From positions 639,324 to 703,323 of the forward strand of contig JAXGXQ010000001.1 of assembly GCA_040772685.1 (NCBI GenBank): DNA of 64,000 nucleotides, given 5' to 3'. Below, one piece after another: positions 16,700-26,868 of the stretch. The stretch's first letter is position 1; every line of letters starts with the position of its first letter. Origin of the DNA: Clostridia bacterium (GTDB lineage: Bacteria; Bacillota; Clostridia; Saccharofermentanales; UBA5734). The notes beneath the pieces are model-generated. The model did not search any database. It was not told the origin of the DNA and saw only the letters and a program-made list of their open reading frames with translations. The position numbers and the translations under genes are program-made.

Positions 16700-17941
16700 A
16701 TGAGTGAATTCAAACCACTTACTGGAATAAATAAAAACATGCTGACCAGCAACCCGCCGCGCGAAGAATTTGAGGCCCGACTGGCTGCTCTGTTCAGCGC
16801 CTTGCGCCGGACAGGACACAGGTTCGATACAGCCCTGATCATAGACCGTATTAACCAGTATTATTTTACAGGCACCATGCAGGACGGCATCCTGGTGCTG
16901 CGCCGCGACGGCGAGGCCTTCTTCTTTGTCCGTAAAAGTTATGACCGTGCTTTGTTTGAATCACCGCTCGATATTTTCAGACCTATGAACAGCTACCGTG
17001 ACCTGCTCCAACTTCTGCCGGCAGACCTGGGCAGCACTTTTATTGAAACTGAAGTTATGCCTTTTGCTGTACTGGAACGCCTGCGTAAATATTTCACGAT
17101 AACCGAAATTCAGCCTCTGGAAGCTATTACCATGAGGCTGCGTTCAGTTAAAAGCAAATATGAACTTGATATCATGCGAGAATCCGGCCGCCAGCATGAC
17201 TATCTGCTCCAGCAGATAATCCCCGGTTTGCTGCGGGCAGGCATCAGTGAAGCCGAGCTGCAGGGAGAAGTTTATAAAAGCATGATCAAGCTGGGCTATC
17301 ACGGTGTTTCTCGATTCGCCATGTTTCAGGCGGAACTGATCGCCGGCCAAGTGTCATTCGCGGAATCGGGTATCTTCCCTACATCCTTCAACGGCCCTGG
17401 TGGCGGCCGCGGCGCCTCTGCTGCAATCCCGACCCTGGGCAGCCGTGACCGGCTTTTGCAGCGCGGCGATATCATCTTGCTGGATATCGGTTATGGGATC
17501 AATGGCTATCACACCGACAAAACGCAGGTTTACTCTTTCGGGGCTGAGCCGCCTGAAGAAGCTATAGAAGTACATCAAGCATGTCTTGATGTTTTGAACC
17601 GGGCCAGTGCGCAACTGGTAATCGGGGCGGTTCCAGCCAAAATCTACCAAAACATCATGGCAGAGCTGCCCGCTGCGCTGCAAGATAATTTCATGGGCTA
17701 CGGTCGCGAACAAGTTAAGTTTTTGGGACACAGTATTGGCTTGCAAATAGATGAGCAGCCTGTGATTGCCCGTGGTTTTAACGAACCGTTGAAGCCCAAC
17801 ATGGCTTTCGCCCTCGAACCGAAAAGCGGTATTGCCGGAATCGGCATGGTGGGAGCTGAAGAAACTTACCTGGTGACCCCGGAAGGGCCGGAATGCATAA
17901 CCGGCGGCGCAAAAGAAATCATGGTTGTTGATTATCGATAA
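16700..17941 (+). CDS. M24 family metallopeptidase (Xaa-Pro aminopeptidase/creatinase-like)
   Basis: Start moved to ATG 16700 (AAGGAGG 9 nt upstream). Pita-bread motifs LLDIGYGINGYHTDKT, GHSIGLQIDE, ALEPK...EETYLV. Confidence 0.85.
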   Translation: MSEFKPLTGINKNMLTSNPPREEFEARLAALFSALRRTGHRFDTALIIDRINQYYFTGTMQDGILVLRRDGEAFFFVRKSYDRALFESPLDIFRPMNSYRDLLQLLPADLGSTFIETEVMPFAVLERLRKYFTITEIQPLEAITMRLRSVKSKYELDIMRESGRQHDYLLQQIIPGLLRAGISEAELQGEVYKSMIKLGYHGVSRFAMFQAELIAGQVSFAESGIFPTSFNGPGGGRGASAAIPTLGSRDRLLQRGDIILLDIGYGINGYHTDKTQVYSFGAEPPEEAIEVHQACLDVLNRASAQLVIGAVPAKIYQNIMAELPAALQDNFMGYGREQVKFLGHSIGLQIDEQPVIARGFNEPLKPNMAFALEPKSGIAGIGMVGAEETYLVTPEGPECITGGAKEIMVVDYR

Positions 17942-17987
17942 TTTTTCTTAACCGCCAACAAATATAGCCATTAATACTGCGATACTG

Positions 17988-18021
17988 AAGAACCGTCTTT
18001 TTGCTGTAGACGGTTCTTTTT
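17988..18021. terminator. Bidirectional intrinsic terminator between the M24 peptidase and cls
   Basis: AAGAACCGTCT-ttttgctgt-AGACGGTTCTT followed by TTT. Confidence 0.7.
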
Positions 18022-18029
18022 GCTCACAA

Positions 18030-19583
18030 CTAGAACAGAGGCGCAAACAGGCGCAAAAACGTTTGCAGCAGCTTGTCCCACAAGGGTGTCTGGTTAACCA
18101 TTTCCAATGTGTGTTGTTCGGATACAGCGAAGGTTTCAACGATGTCGTTCTTGATTGCGGTGACAGCAGGAGAATCGCAAATCCAGGCCCCGTTTTCAAA
18201 GTGCAGGTAAAAACTGCGGTAATCCATATTTATGCTGCCGATAACCGCCTGGTTATCGTCGCTGATGATCATCTTGGCATGCATAAAGCCGGGGGTGTAT
18301 TCATAAATTATCACACCGGCTTCAATAAGGCGTTTGTAGTTGGAACGGGTCACCTTATGCACAAACCAGTGATCCCAGACCCGGGGCACCACAATCCGGA
18401 CATCAATGCCGCCTTCAGCAGCCACACAGAGCGCTTTCAGCATAACCTCGTCAACTACCAGATAAGGCGTGGTTATGTAACAATAATGGCGCGCCTGGGT
18501 GATCATCTGCTGGTAAACCGTTTCCGCCGGATTCTCCGGATTGTTTACCGGACCATCGCTGAAGGGCTGATAAAAGCCGTCACCTGCACTTAAGCGGCGC
18601 GGCCGGAAATGATTGTAGTCCTCCCGCTCCCCGCTCTCACCTTCCCACATTTCGAGAAAAGTAACAGTCAGGCTCCAAACAGCGTCACCCTCTAAACGGA
18701 TGGCTGTATCTTTCCAATGGCCGTGCTTGGGATAAATGTTGGCGTACTCATCTGCCAGATTTGTACCGCCGAGATAGCCTATGTCGCCATCAATTGAAGT
18801 GATTTTCTGATGATTACGATGGTTGACATACATTCTGAAAATATTTTTTTCAGCTTTTCCGTAGGCCAGTACCTTGATACCGCTTTCATTGAGGAGTTCC
18901 TTGAGATGTCGCGGCACCATAAACATACTGCCGATGTCATCGTAAAGCAGCCGGACGTCAACGCCGGCTTCAGCTTTGCGCTTCAGGATTTCGTAAAGCC
19001 TCTGCCAAAGCTGGCCATCTGAAACGATAAAATATTCGAGAAATATGAACCGTTCAGCTTTTTCCAGATCCTGAAACATATCCTCGAACTGGTCTTCACC
19101 TACACGGTAATAACGGCTGCGGGTTTTGTCAAAAACTGGAAACCCCTGGTTAACCAGATAAGTTGGAATCCGCTGCTTGTCAGGATGGCGCAGTCGCAGT
19201 TTCTCGCATACGGCTGGATCAGGGCGCAGCCATAAACTGCGCCGACTGAAGATCGTGCGCAGTTGACGGCCTTTACGGCTGCGTCGTCCTGATTGACCCC
19301 AAAAAAGGTAAATCAGTTCGCCGAATACCGGTAGTACCATGATGACTATAATCCAGGCGATGGAATAGGTGTTGATGCCTTTTTGATTAAGCAGAATCAG
19401 CACCTGAACCAAAGCAAGTATTTCCAGGAAAAAGTAAATATAGACGGCATTGATCCGCAAAAAGTCGATCAGCTGGACTAACAATACAAACTGGGCAACT
19501 ACTGCCAGTACCAGGATCAATATCCGCAGGATGCCTTCAAATAAACGGTCTGGAACACGTTTTTCAATTACAGGACTTGTCAT
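18030..19583 (-). CDS. cls: Cardiolipin synthase
   Basis: Two N-terminal TM helices and two PLD HKD motifs (HQKITSIDG, HAKMIISDD). Confidence 0.9.
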   Translation of the reverse strand: MTSPVIEKRVPDRLFEGILRILILVLAVVAQFVLLVQLIDFLRINAVYIYFFLEILALVQVLILLNQKGINTYSIAWIIVIMVLPVFGELIYLFWGQSGRRSRKGRQLRTIFSRRSLWLRPDPAVCEKLRLRHPDKQRIPTYLVNQGFPVFDKTRSRYYRVGEDQFEDMFQDLEKAERFIFLEYFIVSDGQLWQRLYEILKRKAEAGVDVRLLYDDIGSMFMVPRHLKELLNESGIKVLAYGKAEKNIFRMYVNHRNHQKITSIDGDIGYLGGTNLADEYANIYPKHGHWKDTAIRLEGDAVWSLTVTFLEMWEGESGEREDYNHFRPRRLSAGDGFYQPFSDGPVNNPENPAETVYQQMITQARHYCYITTPYLVVDEVMLKALCVAAEGGIDVRIVVPRVWDHWFVHKVTRSNYKRLIEAGVIIYEYTPGFMHAKMIISDDNQAVIGSINMDYRSFYLHFENGAWICDSPAVTAIKNDIVETFAVSEQHTLEMVNQTPLWDKLLQTFLRLFAPLF

Positions 19584-19699
19584 GCTTAAGTGATGTAAAG
19601 CTCCATAAATAGTTACAGTTGCATTAAAATAATTCTAACCTTAACATTTTAACACTCATTGTCAAAGAAATGTTATGATTCAATTTGATACATTTATGA

Positions 19700-20386
19700 T
19701 TGGGAGAAAATTGCTTGAGTTATCTGATCGCGTTCCTTGAAGGAATCATCACTTTTATATCCCCGTGCTTATTGCCAATGCTGCCTGTTTACATTTCATA
19801 TTTTGCAGGGCAAGGCGGCACTGCCAGTCGTTCACGGGCTTTACGGAACTCGCTGGGATTTGTGCTTGGTTTTACTTTAGTCTTTATCACCCTGGGGGCA
19901 TTTGCCGGCGCGCTCGGTAGTTTGCTGCGGCAATACAGCACTGCAGTAAACCTGATTACCGGAATTATTGTCATTCTCTTCGGCTTGCATTATCTGGATG
20001 TAATTCGGTTGCCATGGCTTTCAGCCGCCAAGGGCAACGAAAACCAGAGGCTGCCGACAAGTTTTTTTGCCGCCGTACTGTTTGGTCTGGTTTTTTCGAT
20101 CAGCTGGACACCATGTGTCGGTGTTTTCCTCGGTTCGGCTTTAGCCCTGGCTGCTGCAGAAGGCGGCCGGCTTCAGGGAATTATTATGCTGTTATTCTAT
20201 TCACTGGGACTGGGGATTCCCTTTGTCATCAGCGCTGTTCTAATCAATAGAATGCAAACGACAATTGAGTTCATTAAAAGCAGATACCATTTAATAACCC
20301 GAATTTCAGGCGGTATGCTGGTGATAGTCGGCCTGCTGATGGCCACCGGCCTGATGAACCGTTTCCTCTCACTCTTAACTTTTTGA
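19700..20386 (+). CDS. ccdA: Cytochrome c biogenesis/thiol-disulfide transporter CcdA (DsbD family)
   Basis: FISPCLLPMLPVYISY and SWTPCVGVFLG Cys motifs, 6 TM. The start may instead be TTG 19715 (GGGAGA 7 nt upstream). Confidence 0.85.
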   Translation: MGENCLSYLIAFLEGIITFISPCLLPMLPVYISYFAGQGGTASRSRALRNSLGFVLGFTLVFITLGAFAGALGSLLRQYSTAVNLITGIIVILFGLHYLDVIRLPWLSAAKGNENQRLPTSFFAAVLFGLVFSISWTPCVGVFLGSALALAAAEGGRLQGIIMLLFYSLGLGIPFVISAVLINRMQTTIEFIKSRYHLITRISGGMLVIVGLLMATGLMNRFLSLLTF

Positions 20387-20402
20387 ATAAGGTGGTAAAA
20401 AA

Positions 20403-20999
20403 ATGAGTTCTTCACGTAAAACAATAATCGCAATTGCTGCGTTTGCTTTGTTTATTGTTCTGGCGCTTGTTGCCTACAATGCTCTCACAGGCGGAGCAGG
20501 CATAAACAACGGTATTGCAGGCAACACAAACACTACAAAAAGCGGCAATACAGTGGCGACTTCGCTGCTGACCAGCGCACCCCGAACAGCACCCGATTTT
20601 ACTGTTTATGACCAGGAGGGCAAGCCGGTTAGGCTGATTGACTTCGCCGGGCGTCCGGTAGTGCTGAATTTCTGGGCTTCCTGGTGCGGCCCCTGCAAAG
20701 CTGAAATGCCGATTTTTGATAAAGTACATCAGGAAATGGGAACTGAGATTGATTTTGTGATGCTGAATATGGTTGACGGACAGCGAGAAACTGTGGAAGT
20801 CGGCCTGGCTTACTTAAAAGACGGCGGTTATTCGTTTAAGCCGTATTTTGACAGTAAACAACAGGCAGCTACCAAGTATGGCATTACTGCTATTCCCACT
20901 ACTTATTTTATTAATGCTGAGGGTGAGATAATTTATTTCTACAGAGGTGCAATGGAAGAGGCTCATCTCCGTGCCGCAATCGCGCTGATAGCACCTTAG
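20403..20999 (+). CDS. Membrane-anchored TlpA/ResA-like thioredoxin-fold thiol-disulfide oxidoreductase
   Basis: N-terminal anchor, [13 protein letters not shown] active site, AAGGTGG RBS. Confidence 0.85.
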   Translation: MSSSRKTIIAIAAFALFIVLALVAYNALTGGAGINNGIAGNTNTTKSGNTVATSLLTSAPRTAPDFTVYDQEGKPVRLIDFAGRPVVLNFWASWCGPCKAEMPIFDKVHQEMGTEIDFVMLNMVDGQRETVEVGLAYLKDGGYSFKPYFDSKQQAATKYGITAIPTTYFINAEGEIIYFYRGAMEEAHLRAAIALIAP

Positions 21000-21035
21000 C
21001 CCTTAACCTGAAAACTGAAAGCTGACCCTGTGATA

Positions 21036-21067
21036 AAAGAGGCAGTCCCGTTTGAGACTGCCTCTTT
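21036..21067. terminator. Bidirectional intrinsic terminator
   Basis: AAAGAGGCAGTC-ccgtttga-GACTGCCTCTTT perfect 12-bp stem with flanking T/A runs. Confidence 0.75.
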
Positions 21068-21107
21068 GCTTTTCAGCATTATCAAATTTTAATCGAGCCT
21101 GTAAAAC

Positions 21108-22076
21108 TCAGGTGCGCGGATTCGGAGGAGCATTTACGCCCCATTCCGGTTTTCTGCCGTTGAGTACATCGACGATGCCCATGGCGGCATGCAGACCCAT
21201 GCGGTCCATTGATTCCTGAGTAAGGGCCGCATTGTGCGGTGTCGGGATTACATTGCGCATTTTCAGCAGCGGGTTGTCCTTGGCCGGCGGCTCAATTTCG
21301 AAAACATCAAGCGCTGCGCCGCGGATAACGCCCTGCTCAAGCGCTGCGATCAGATCTTCTTCATTGACAACTTCACCACGGGCGGCGTTGATCAGGAAAG
21401 CGCTCTTTTTCATCTGCTTAAACTGCTCCATACCAACGCTCTTCTTCGTTTCGGGCGTTGCCGGAGTATGCAAGCTGACGAAATCGGCCTGCTCGAACAC
21501 GGCTTTGTTGGAATCAACCAGGGTCACGCCTTCAGGAGCATTTTCCGGCTTAATGTATGGGTCAAAAGCAATTACTTTCATGCCGAAGCCAAGAGTTGCT
21601 TTTTTCGCCACCATCTGGCCGATTCGGCCCATGCCGATCAAACCAAGCGTTTTGCCTTGCAGATCCATCCCCTTAACCTTGTTGCGGATTTCAAAATTGC
21701 CATTACGGAATTCATCGTCAATCAACATGGCGTTGCGTGCACAAGCAAGCATCAGGTACATGGTATGTTCAGCAACAGAGTTGGCGTTTGAATGGGGCGC
21801 GAATGTGACATAGACGCCCTGCTCGGTGCAATAATTAACATCGATGTTGTCAACACCGATACCATGGCGGCCAATTACCTTCAGTTTGGGAGCCGCATCA
21901 ATGACCGCCTTAGGATAAAGCGCCGTACGAGCCAGAATCGCGTCACAATCCGCGACTTCACGAATGATCGTATCTGTGTCGGAAGCGCTGCCGATTATTA
22001 CCTCGCAACCGTTCTCACGCAGATAATCCTTACCGGCGTCAGTTATATCCTGGGGGATCAGTACTTTATAAGCCAT
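21108..22076 (-). CDS. D-isomer-specific 2-hydroxyacid dehydrogenase (glyoxylate/hydroxypyruvate reductase or PGDH-like)
   Basis: NAD fold GLIGMGRIGQMVAKK, catalytic region LINAARGEVV and TPHNAA. Confidence 0.85.
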   Translation of the reverse strand: MAYKVLIPQDITDAGKDYLRENGCEVIIGSASDTDTIIREVADCDAILARTALYPKAVIDAAPKLKVIGRHGIGVDNIDVNYCTEQGVYVTFAPHSNANSVAEHTMYLMLACARNAMLIDDEFRNGNFEIRNKVKGMDLQGKTLGLIGMGRIGQMVAKKATLGFGMKVIAFDPYIKPENAPEGVTLVDSNKAVFEQADFVSLHTPATPETKKSVGMEQFKQMKKSAFLINAARGEVVNEEDLIAALEQGVIRGAALDVFEIEPPAKDNPLLKMRNVIPTPHNAALTQESMDRMGLHAAMGIVDVLNGRKPEWGVNAPPNPRT

Positions 22077-22153
22077 TCAATATATCCTTCTTTCTTCTGC
22101 TATTGCAATTTTCCCAATTTTTCAGCTTAAATCTGGGAACTCTGCTGATTTTT

Positions 22154-22165
22154 TCAGTATACCAG
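22154..22165 (-). promoter_or_regulatory. Degenerate copy of the island operator (CTGGTATACTGA on minus strand)
   Basis: 9 of 12 positions match CTGGTATACCAG. Lies about 80-90 nt upstream of the 2-hydroxyacid DH start. No convincing -35/-10 in the conserved register. Confidence 0.2.
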
Positions 22166-22199
22166 TTGAAACCTTTTATGCTGCAAGACAAATCTATTC

Positions 22200-23180
22200 T
22201 TAGCGAACAGCTTTGTCTTTAACCGCTTCACGAGCTGCAGCTGCGATCTCTACGCTGGTCAAACCGAATGCTTTCATCAGCACATCCGGGTCTCCGGATT
22301 CACCGAAGCGGTCTTCAACACCGACCATGCGAACAGGAATCGGCCAGTATTGCGCCAGCACTTCCAGTACCGCACTGCCCATGCCGCCCATCAGCTGATG
22401 TTCTTCAACCGTAACCATGGCACCGCATTTCTGCGCGGCTTCGCACATTGTATCCTTGTCGATCGGCTTGATGGTGTGGTTGTTGATGACCATTGCTGAA
22501 ATTCCTTCAGCTGCAAGTGTTTCTGCCGCTACCAATGCTTCATAAACCATGGCGCCGCAAGCGACAATCGCGACATCAGAACCGTCACGCAGGCAATAAG
22601 CCTTACCGATTTCAAACGGAGTTGAGTCATCGGTGATTACCGGCACTTTTTCGCGTCCGAACCGGATATAGGCAGGACCAAAGTCTTTCGCCATAGCAAC
22701 AGTAGCTTTGCGGGCTTCAATTGCATCGGCAGGCACAATAACCTTCATATTCGGCAGGCAGCGCATGATTGAAATTTCTTCCAGCGCCTGATGAGTCGCG
22801 CCGTCCGGACCGACAGAAATGCCGCCGTGAGCTCCGCCCATTTTGACGTTAAGGTTGCTGTAGCAGACTGTTGTGCGAATCTGGTCCCAGGAACGGCCTG
22901 CCAGGAATACACCGTAGTTAGTTACAAACGGTACTTTACCCATCAGAGCCATACCAGCGGCCACACACATCTGATTCTGCTCGGCGATACCGATACTATA
23001 GAAACGATCCGGGAATTCTTTCTGGAACCAGTCCACACGAACCGATGCAGTAATATCAGCACCCAGTGCTACAACATCAGGGTTTTCTTTGCCGGCGTCA
23101 ACCAGGCCATAGCCGTAGCCATCTCGAGAGGGCACTCTTTCGGGCTGAGAAAGGTTAACTTTCAGTTCAACAATTTCCAT
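22200..23180 (-). CDS. Transketolase, C-terminal (pyrimidine-binding plus C-terminal domain) subunit
   Basis: 326 aa, GIAEQNQM, FVTNYGVFLAGRSWDQIR. Lies 16 nt after the N-terminal subunit gene. Confidence 0.9.
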   Translation of the reverse strand: MEIVELKVNLSQPERVPSRDGYGYGLVDAGKENPDVVALGADITASVRVDWFQKEFPDRFYSIGIAEQNQMCVAAGMALMGKVPFVTNYGVFLAGRSWDQIRTTVCYSNLNVKMGGAHGGISVGPDGATHQALEEISIMRCLPNMKVIVPADAIEARKATVAMAKDFGPAYIRFGREKVPVITDDSTPFEIGKAYCLRDGSDVAIVACGAMVYEALVAAETLAAEGISAMVINNHTIKPIDKDTMCEAAQKCGAMVTVEEHQLMGGMGSAVLEVLAQYWPIPVRMVGVEDRFGESGDPDVLMKAFGLTSVEIAAAAREAVKDKAVR

Positions 23181-23196
23181 TTAAATACCCTCCTGA

Positions 23197-24036
23197 TTAA
23201 ATGTCTTCAATTTTGCAGCCGAGTTCACAAAACGCGTCTGTCAACTGATCGCGATTGGGTGTCATGCCATGCCAGCCACAGACATCTTCCATGAAGGAAA
23301 TGCCTTTGCCTTTAATGGTCGCAGCGATGATTACACTGGGTTTGCCTTTCACTGCAGCAGCTTCCTTGAAAGCCTGCTCAAGAGCTGTCAGATCATGACC
23401 ATCGCAGGAAATGACGTTCCAGTTAAATGCTTTCCATTTATCAACTAAAGGTTCAATATTCATTACGTCTTCAACCATGCCGTCGATCTGTAGACGGTTC
23501 TGGTCGACAATTCCGCAAAGGTTATCAAGTTTATAATGGCCAGCTGCCATAGCGGCTTCCCAAATCTGGCCTTCCTGTTGTTCGCCGTCACCCATCATGC
23601 AGTAAACGCGCTGAGAACCTTCGTCTGCTTTGGCGGCGATGGCCATACCAACAGCTACCGAAAGGCCTTGCCCCAGTGAACCTGAAGATACTTCAAGCCC
23701 GGGGGTTTTATGCATATAAGGATGGCCTTGAAGAATGCTGCCATATTTACGCAGCGTTTTGAGATGTGATTCATCAAAGTAGCCACAGTCAGCCAGAACG
23801 GCGTAGAGTGCCGGCGCCACATGTCCCTTTGAAAGAACAAAACGGTCGCGCTTCGGATCCTGGGGATTTTTCGGGTCATGATTCATTACTTTGTTGTACA
23901 AAACGGCCATTGCATCGATAGATGAGAGTGAGCCGCCCGAATGTCCCGAACCTGCCTCGCACAACATTGCCAGAATTTTGCCGCGCAGGTCACGTACTTT
24001 GATCCGCATTTGTTCCGCATCCAAATCTCTGAACAT
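23197..24036 (-). CDS. Transketolase, N-terminal (TPP-binding) subunit
   Basis: 279 aa, SGHSGGSLS, LSKGHVAPALYA, TPP motif MMGDGEQQEGQIWEA. Confidence 0.9.
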   Translation of the reverse strand: MFRDLDAEQMRIKVRDLRGKILAMLCEAGSGHSGGSLSSIDAMAVLYNKVMNHDPKNPQDPKRDRFVLSKGHVAPALYAVLADCGYFDESHLKTLRKYGSILQGHPYMHKTPGLEVSSGSLGQGLSVAVGMAIAAKADEGSQRVYCMMGDGEQQEGQIWEAAMAAGHYKLDNLCGIVDQNRLQIDGMVEDVMNIEPLVDKWKAFNWNVISCDGHDLTALEQAFKEAAAVKGKPSVIIAATIKGKGISFMEDVCGWHGMTPNRDQLTDAFCELGCKIEDI

Positions 24037-24068
24037 GTATCCACCTCCTGAAAATTATGGTTTGTAAG

Positions 24069-24109
24069 AAAAAATCAGGGACGTGCCTTGGTTTATCAAG
24101 ACACGCCCC
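24069..24109 (-). terminator. Intrinsic terminator after tctC1
   Basis: On the minus strand: GGGGCGTGTCTTG-ataaac-CAAGGCACGTCCC followed by tgaTTTTTT. Confidence 0.65.
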
Positions 24110-24133
24110 GGCTTGGTTCAGTTCAACATTTTA

Positions 24134-25240
24134 TTATTTGGACTGTTCGGCAGCGATGGCTTCTTTGATACCAAGTTCATCAGACAGTTTCTTGTAGTCT
24201 TCGAAAGCATCGTGCAGGAATTTCTCAAATGTTTTCGCATCCTGATACATTACAGGCTGCAGCATATCCTGCATGGTTTTCTTGAATTCTTCGTCTTCAG
24301 TGATCTTTTTGAAGAGATCTTCGTAGTAAGCAACGATGTTGTCCGGCAGATCTTTCGGGCCGGCCATGCCTTTGACTGAACCCCAGGTGTTAAGGTTGAT
24401 GCCTTGTTCGATCAGGGTCGGGACGTCCGGCATTGCAGGGTCACGCTCGTTCAGAGCGATACCGATAGCACGCAGCTTGCCTGATTTCAGGTGAGCAGCG
24501 AGGTCAGCAGGATGGCCGCCGCCGATATCAGCGTGACCGCCCAGCAGGGTTGTCATGGCCGGGCCTGTGCCTGAATGCGGGATTGGTGTCAGGTTGATAC
24601 CGGTAACTTTGCCAATACCGCGCATGACAAAGTCAACTGAACCAGCAGCCGTTGAAGAAGCGGCGTTAATGGTCTTGTTGTTGTTCTTGGCGTCATCAAT
24701 GACATCCTTCATGGTTTTGTAAGGTGATTCCGCAGGAACCGCGACGGCTACCGAGTGGATCGACAGGCGGGCGATAGGACGGAGCTGTTCAAAAGGCTTG
24801 TAATTGACAGGCTGGACATAAGGCATAACAAGTTCAGAGCCTGAGCCGAAAGCGATGGCCAGGGTATAGCCGTCCGGCTTGGAGTTAGCAACAAAGAGGT
24901 TACCGGTAACGCCGCCGCCGCCGGGTTTAAGAGCGATGGTCAGAGGCTGGTCACAGTATTTGCTCCAGACTTTTTCCACTGCCCGGGCGAGCAGGTCGGA
25001 TGAACCGCCGGCGCCGTAAGGGACGACGATGGTAATGCCTTCAGTTGGCTTCCAGGCATCTGCTGCGGTGGTGCCGGCTGTGGTTCCGGCTGTTGTACCG
25101 GCAGTAGTGCCGGCTGTTGTACCAGCTGTTGTGCCGGCGGTCGTCGTGGCTGTGCTTCCACAGGCAGTCAGAACCAGGGAGAAGATGATGGTTAATGCAA
25201 TCATCATCACAGAAATCGCTTTTCTTTTTCCGAATTTCAT
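24134..25240 (-). CDS. tctC: Tripartite tricarboxylate transporter substrate-binding lipoprotein (TctC/Bug family), copy 1
   Basis: Lipobox LTAC, (TTAG)x6 linker, Bug-family body (VPYGAGGSSD, KPGGGG, TPIPHSG). Last gene of the tctB-tctA-tctC string. Confidence 0.85.
   Translation of the reverse strand: MKFGKRKAISVMMIALTIIFSLVLTACGSTATTTAGTTAGTTAGTTAGTTAGTTAGTTAADAWKPTEGITIVVPYGAGGSSDLLARAVEKVWSKYCDQPLTIALKPGGGGVTGNLFVANSKPDGYTLAIAFGSGSELVMPYVQPVNYKPFEQLRPIARLSIHSVAVAVPAESPYKTMKDVIDDAKNNNKTINAASSTAAGSVDFVMRGIGKVTGINLTPIPHSGTGPAMTTLLGGHADIGGGHPADLAAHLKSGKLRAIGIALNERDPAMPDVPTLIEQGINLNTWGSVKGMAGPKDLPDNIVAYYEDLFKKITEDEEFKKTMQDMLQPVMYQDAKTFEKFLHDAFEDYKKLSDELGIKEAIAAEQSK
25061..25144. repeat. Coding 12-nt tandem repeat encoding (Thr-Thr-Ala-Gly)x6 plus TTAA
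   Basis: Imperfect 12-nt periodicity read in tctC1. A related tract lies in tctC2 (31228-31323) and a looser one in the amino-acid SBP (6689-6802). Confidence 0.85.
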
Positions 25241-25347
25241 GAGGATCTCCTTTTCGTATTGGGTTTGGTTGTTTTTTTATGACACGTTAAACCATTTCAG
25301 ATTTTACGTAGACATTATGGTTACGGGCTTATGATTCAGCGGGACAA

Positions 25348-26850
25348 TTAGAACTCTTTGTTGGCAGTTTGTTTTTTCTTTTTGCGGATGCTTGCAAACA
25401 CCTGGTAAACCAGCAATAACGCAAAGAGGCCAAACAGTGTGCCAGAGATCGGGCGGGTAACAAATATACCGAAGGAACCGCCAGACATCAGCAAAGACTG
25501 ACGCATCGCGTTTTCTATCAGTGGCGTAAGGATGAATGCCATAAGCAGCGGACCGGTTTCGAACTTCAGCTTACGCAGGACGTAGCCGATAAGACCGAAC
25601 GCCAGCATGGTCAGAACAGTCGTGATTTCGTTGTTGATGCTGTAAGCACCGATAACTGTGAACAGGATAATAATTGGTCCAAGTATTGAAAATGGCACTT
25701 TGAGCAGCTGCACCCAGACACCAACCATAGGCAGGTTGAGGATAATCAGCATTACGTTGCCAATGTACATGGAGGCGACAACGCCCCAGAAAAGCTCTGG
25801 ATGATCGGTAATCAGGAACGGGCCCGGGGTAATGCCCTGAACCATCAGCGCTGCGAAGATCATCGCTACTGAGGCATTACAGGGTATACCAAGTGTTAAA
25901 AGAGGAATAAAGGAAGAGCTTGAAGCAGCATTGTTAGCTGATTCCGGTCCTGCTACTCCGGCGATAGAACCGTGACCGAACTCTTCCGGTTTTTTTGACA
26001 TTTTGCGTTCAATTGAATAAGAAGCCAGCGAGGAAATAACAGCGCCGCCGCCGGGGATAATACCGGCGAAGAAGCCGATCAATGTGCCGCGGACAATCGG
26101 CATGCGGGCTTCTGCCCATTCCTTGCCTGTCATAAACAGGCGACCGATCTTCTTAGTGACAAACTCATTTTCATTTTGCTCTTCAAGGGTGATCAGAATT
26201 TCACTTAATCCGAACAAACCCATTGCCAGGGTAACGAAGTCGAAACCGTCCTGCAGCCAGATCTGACCGAAGGTAAAGCGTTCCGCGCCGGAAACCGGGT
26301 CGATGCCAACGTTAGCCAGGAAAATACCTGTCATCAGCATCAGCATGCCTTTTATCGGGGAGTCGCCAGTCAGGAAGACTGCCAGCAGCAGACCGAGCAA
26401 CATCAATGAAAAATACTCAGGGGGACCAAAACGCAGAGCAAAGTTAGCCAGCGGCGGTGCCATGAAAGTAAGGCCGATAACGCCGAAGGTGCCGGCGATA
26501 AAAGAGCCGATGGCCGCAACAGACAATGCCGCGCCGGCTCGCCCTTGCTTAGCCATTTCATAACCATCGATAGCTGTAACAACTGAAGCTGCCTCACCGG
26601 GAATCTTCAACAGAATGGAGGTGGTTGAGCCTCCATACATGGCTCCGTAGTAAATACCAGCCAGGAAAATGATCGAGGTGGTAGGTTCGGGGAAACTATA
26701 AACAACCGGCAGCAAAAGAGAAATCGTCGCCGCAGGCCCTAAACCCGGCAGAACGCCAACTGCTGTACCGAGCAAGCAGCCAAGCAATGCGAATAACAGG
26801 TTATAACCTGATAAAGCCACTTGAAAGCCGGAAATAATTCCTTCAAACAT
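25348..26850 (-). CDS. tctA: Tripartite tricarboxylate transporter large permease TctA
   Basis: 500 aa, about 12 TM, N-terminal GVLPGLGPAATISLLLP and GEAASVVTAIDGY typical of TctA. Confidence 0.9.
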   Translation of the reverse strand: MFEGIISGFQVALSGYNLLFALLGCLLGTAVGVLPGLGPAATISLLLPVVYSFPEPTTSIIFLAGIYYGAMYGGSTTSILLKIPGEAASVVTAIDGYEMAKQGRAGAALSVAAIGSFIAGTFGVIGLTFMAPPLANFALRFGPPEYFSLMLLGLLLAVFLTGDSPIKGMLMLMTGIFLANVGIDPVSGAERFTFGQIWLQDGFDFVTLAMGLFGLSEILITLEEQNENEFVTKKIGRLFMTGKEWAEARMPIVRGTLIGFFAGIIPGGGAVISSLASYSIERKMSKKPEEFGHGSIAGVAGPESANNAASSSSFIPLLTLGIPCNASVAMIFAALMVQGITPGPFLITDHPELFWGVVASMYIGNVMLIILNLPMVGVWVQLLKVPFSILGPIIILFTVIGAYSINNEITTVLTMLAFGLIGYVLRKLKFETGPLLMAFILTPLIENAMRQSLLMSGGSFGIFVTRPISGTLFGLFALLLVYQVFASIRKKKKQTANKEF

Positions 26851-26868
26851 GTTTGCTTTCTTCCTTCC

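Noticed and set aside
25061-25144. Short-period tandem repeats considered as a possible CRISPR or minisatellite
   Set aside because: The period is only 12 nt with no spacers. The repeats are in frame inside tctC1 and encode (TTAG)n, so this is a coding repeat and not a CRISPR array.
25029-25334. ORFs encoding VPAVVPAVV or PQPQ-type repeats (25029-25334, 31196-31474, 6468-6881, 6556-6813, 24940-25161)
   Set aside because: These are alternative-frame or antisense readings of the Thr/Ala/Gly linker repeats of the binding lipoproteins.
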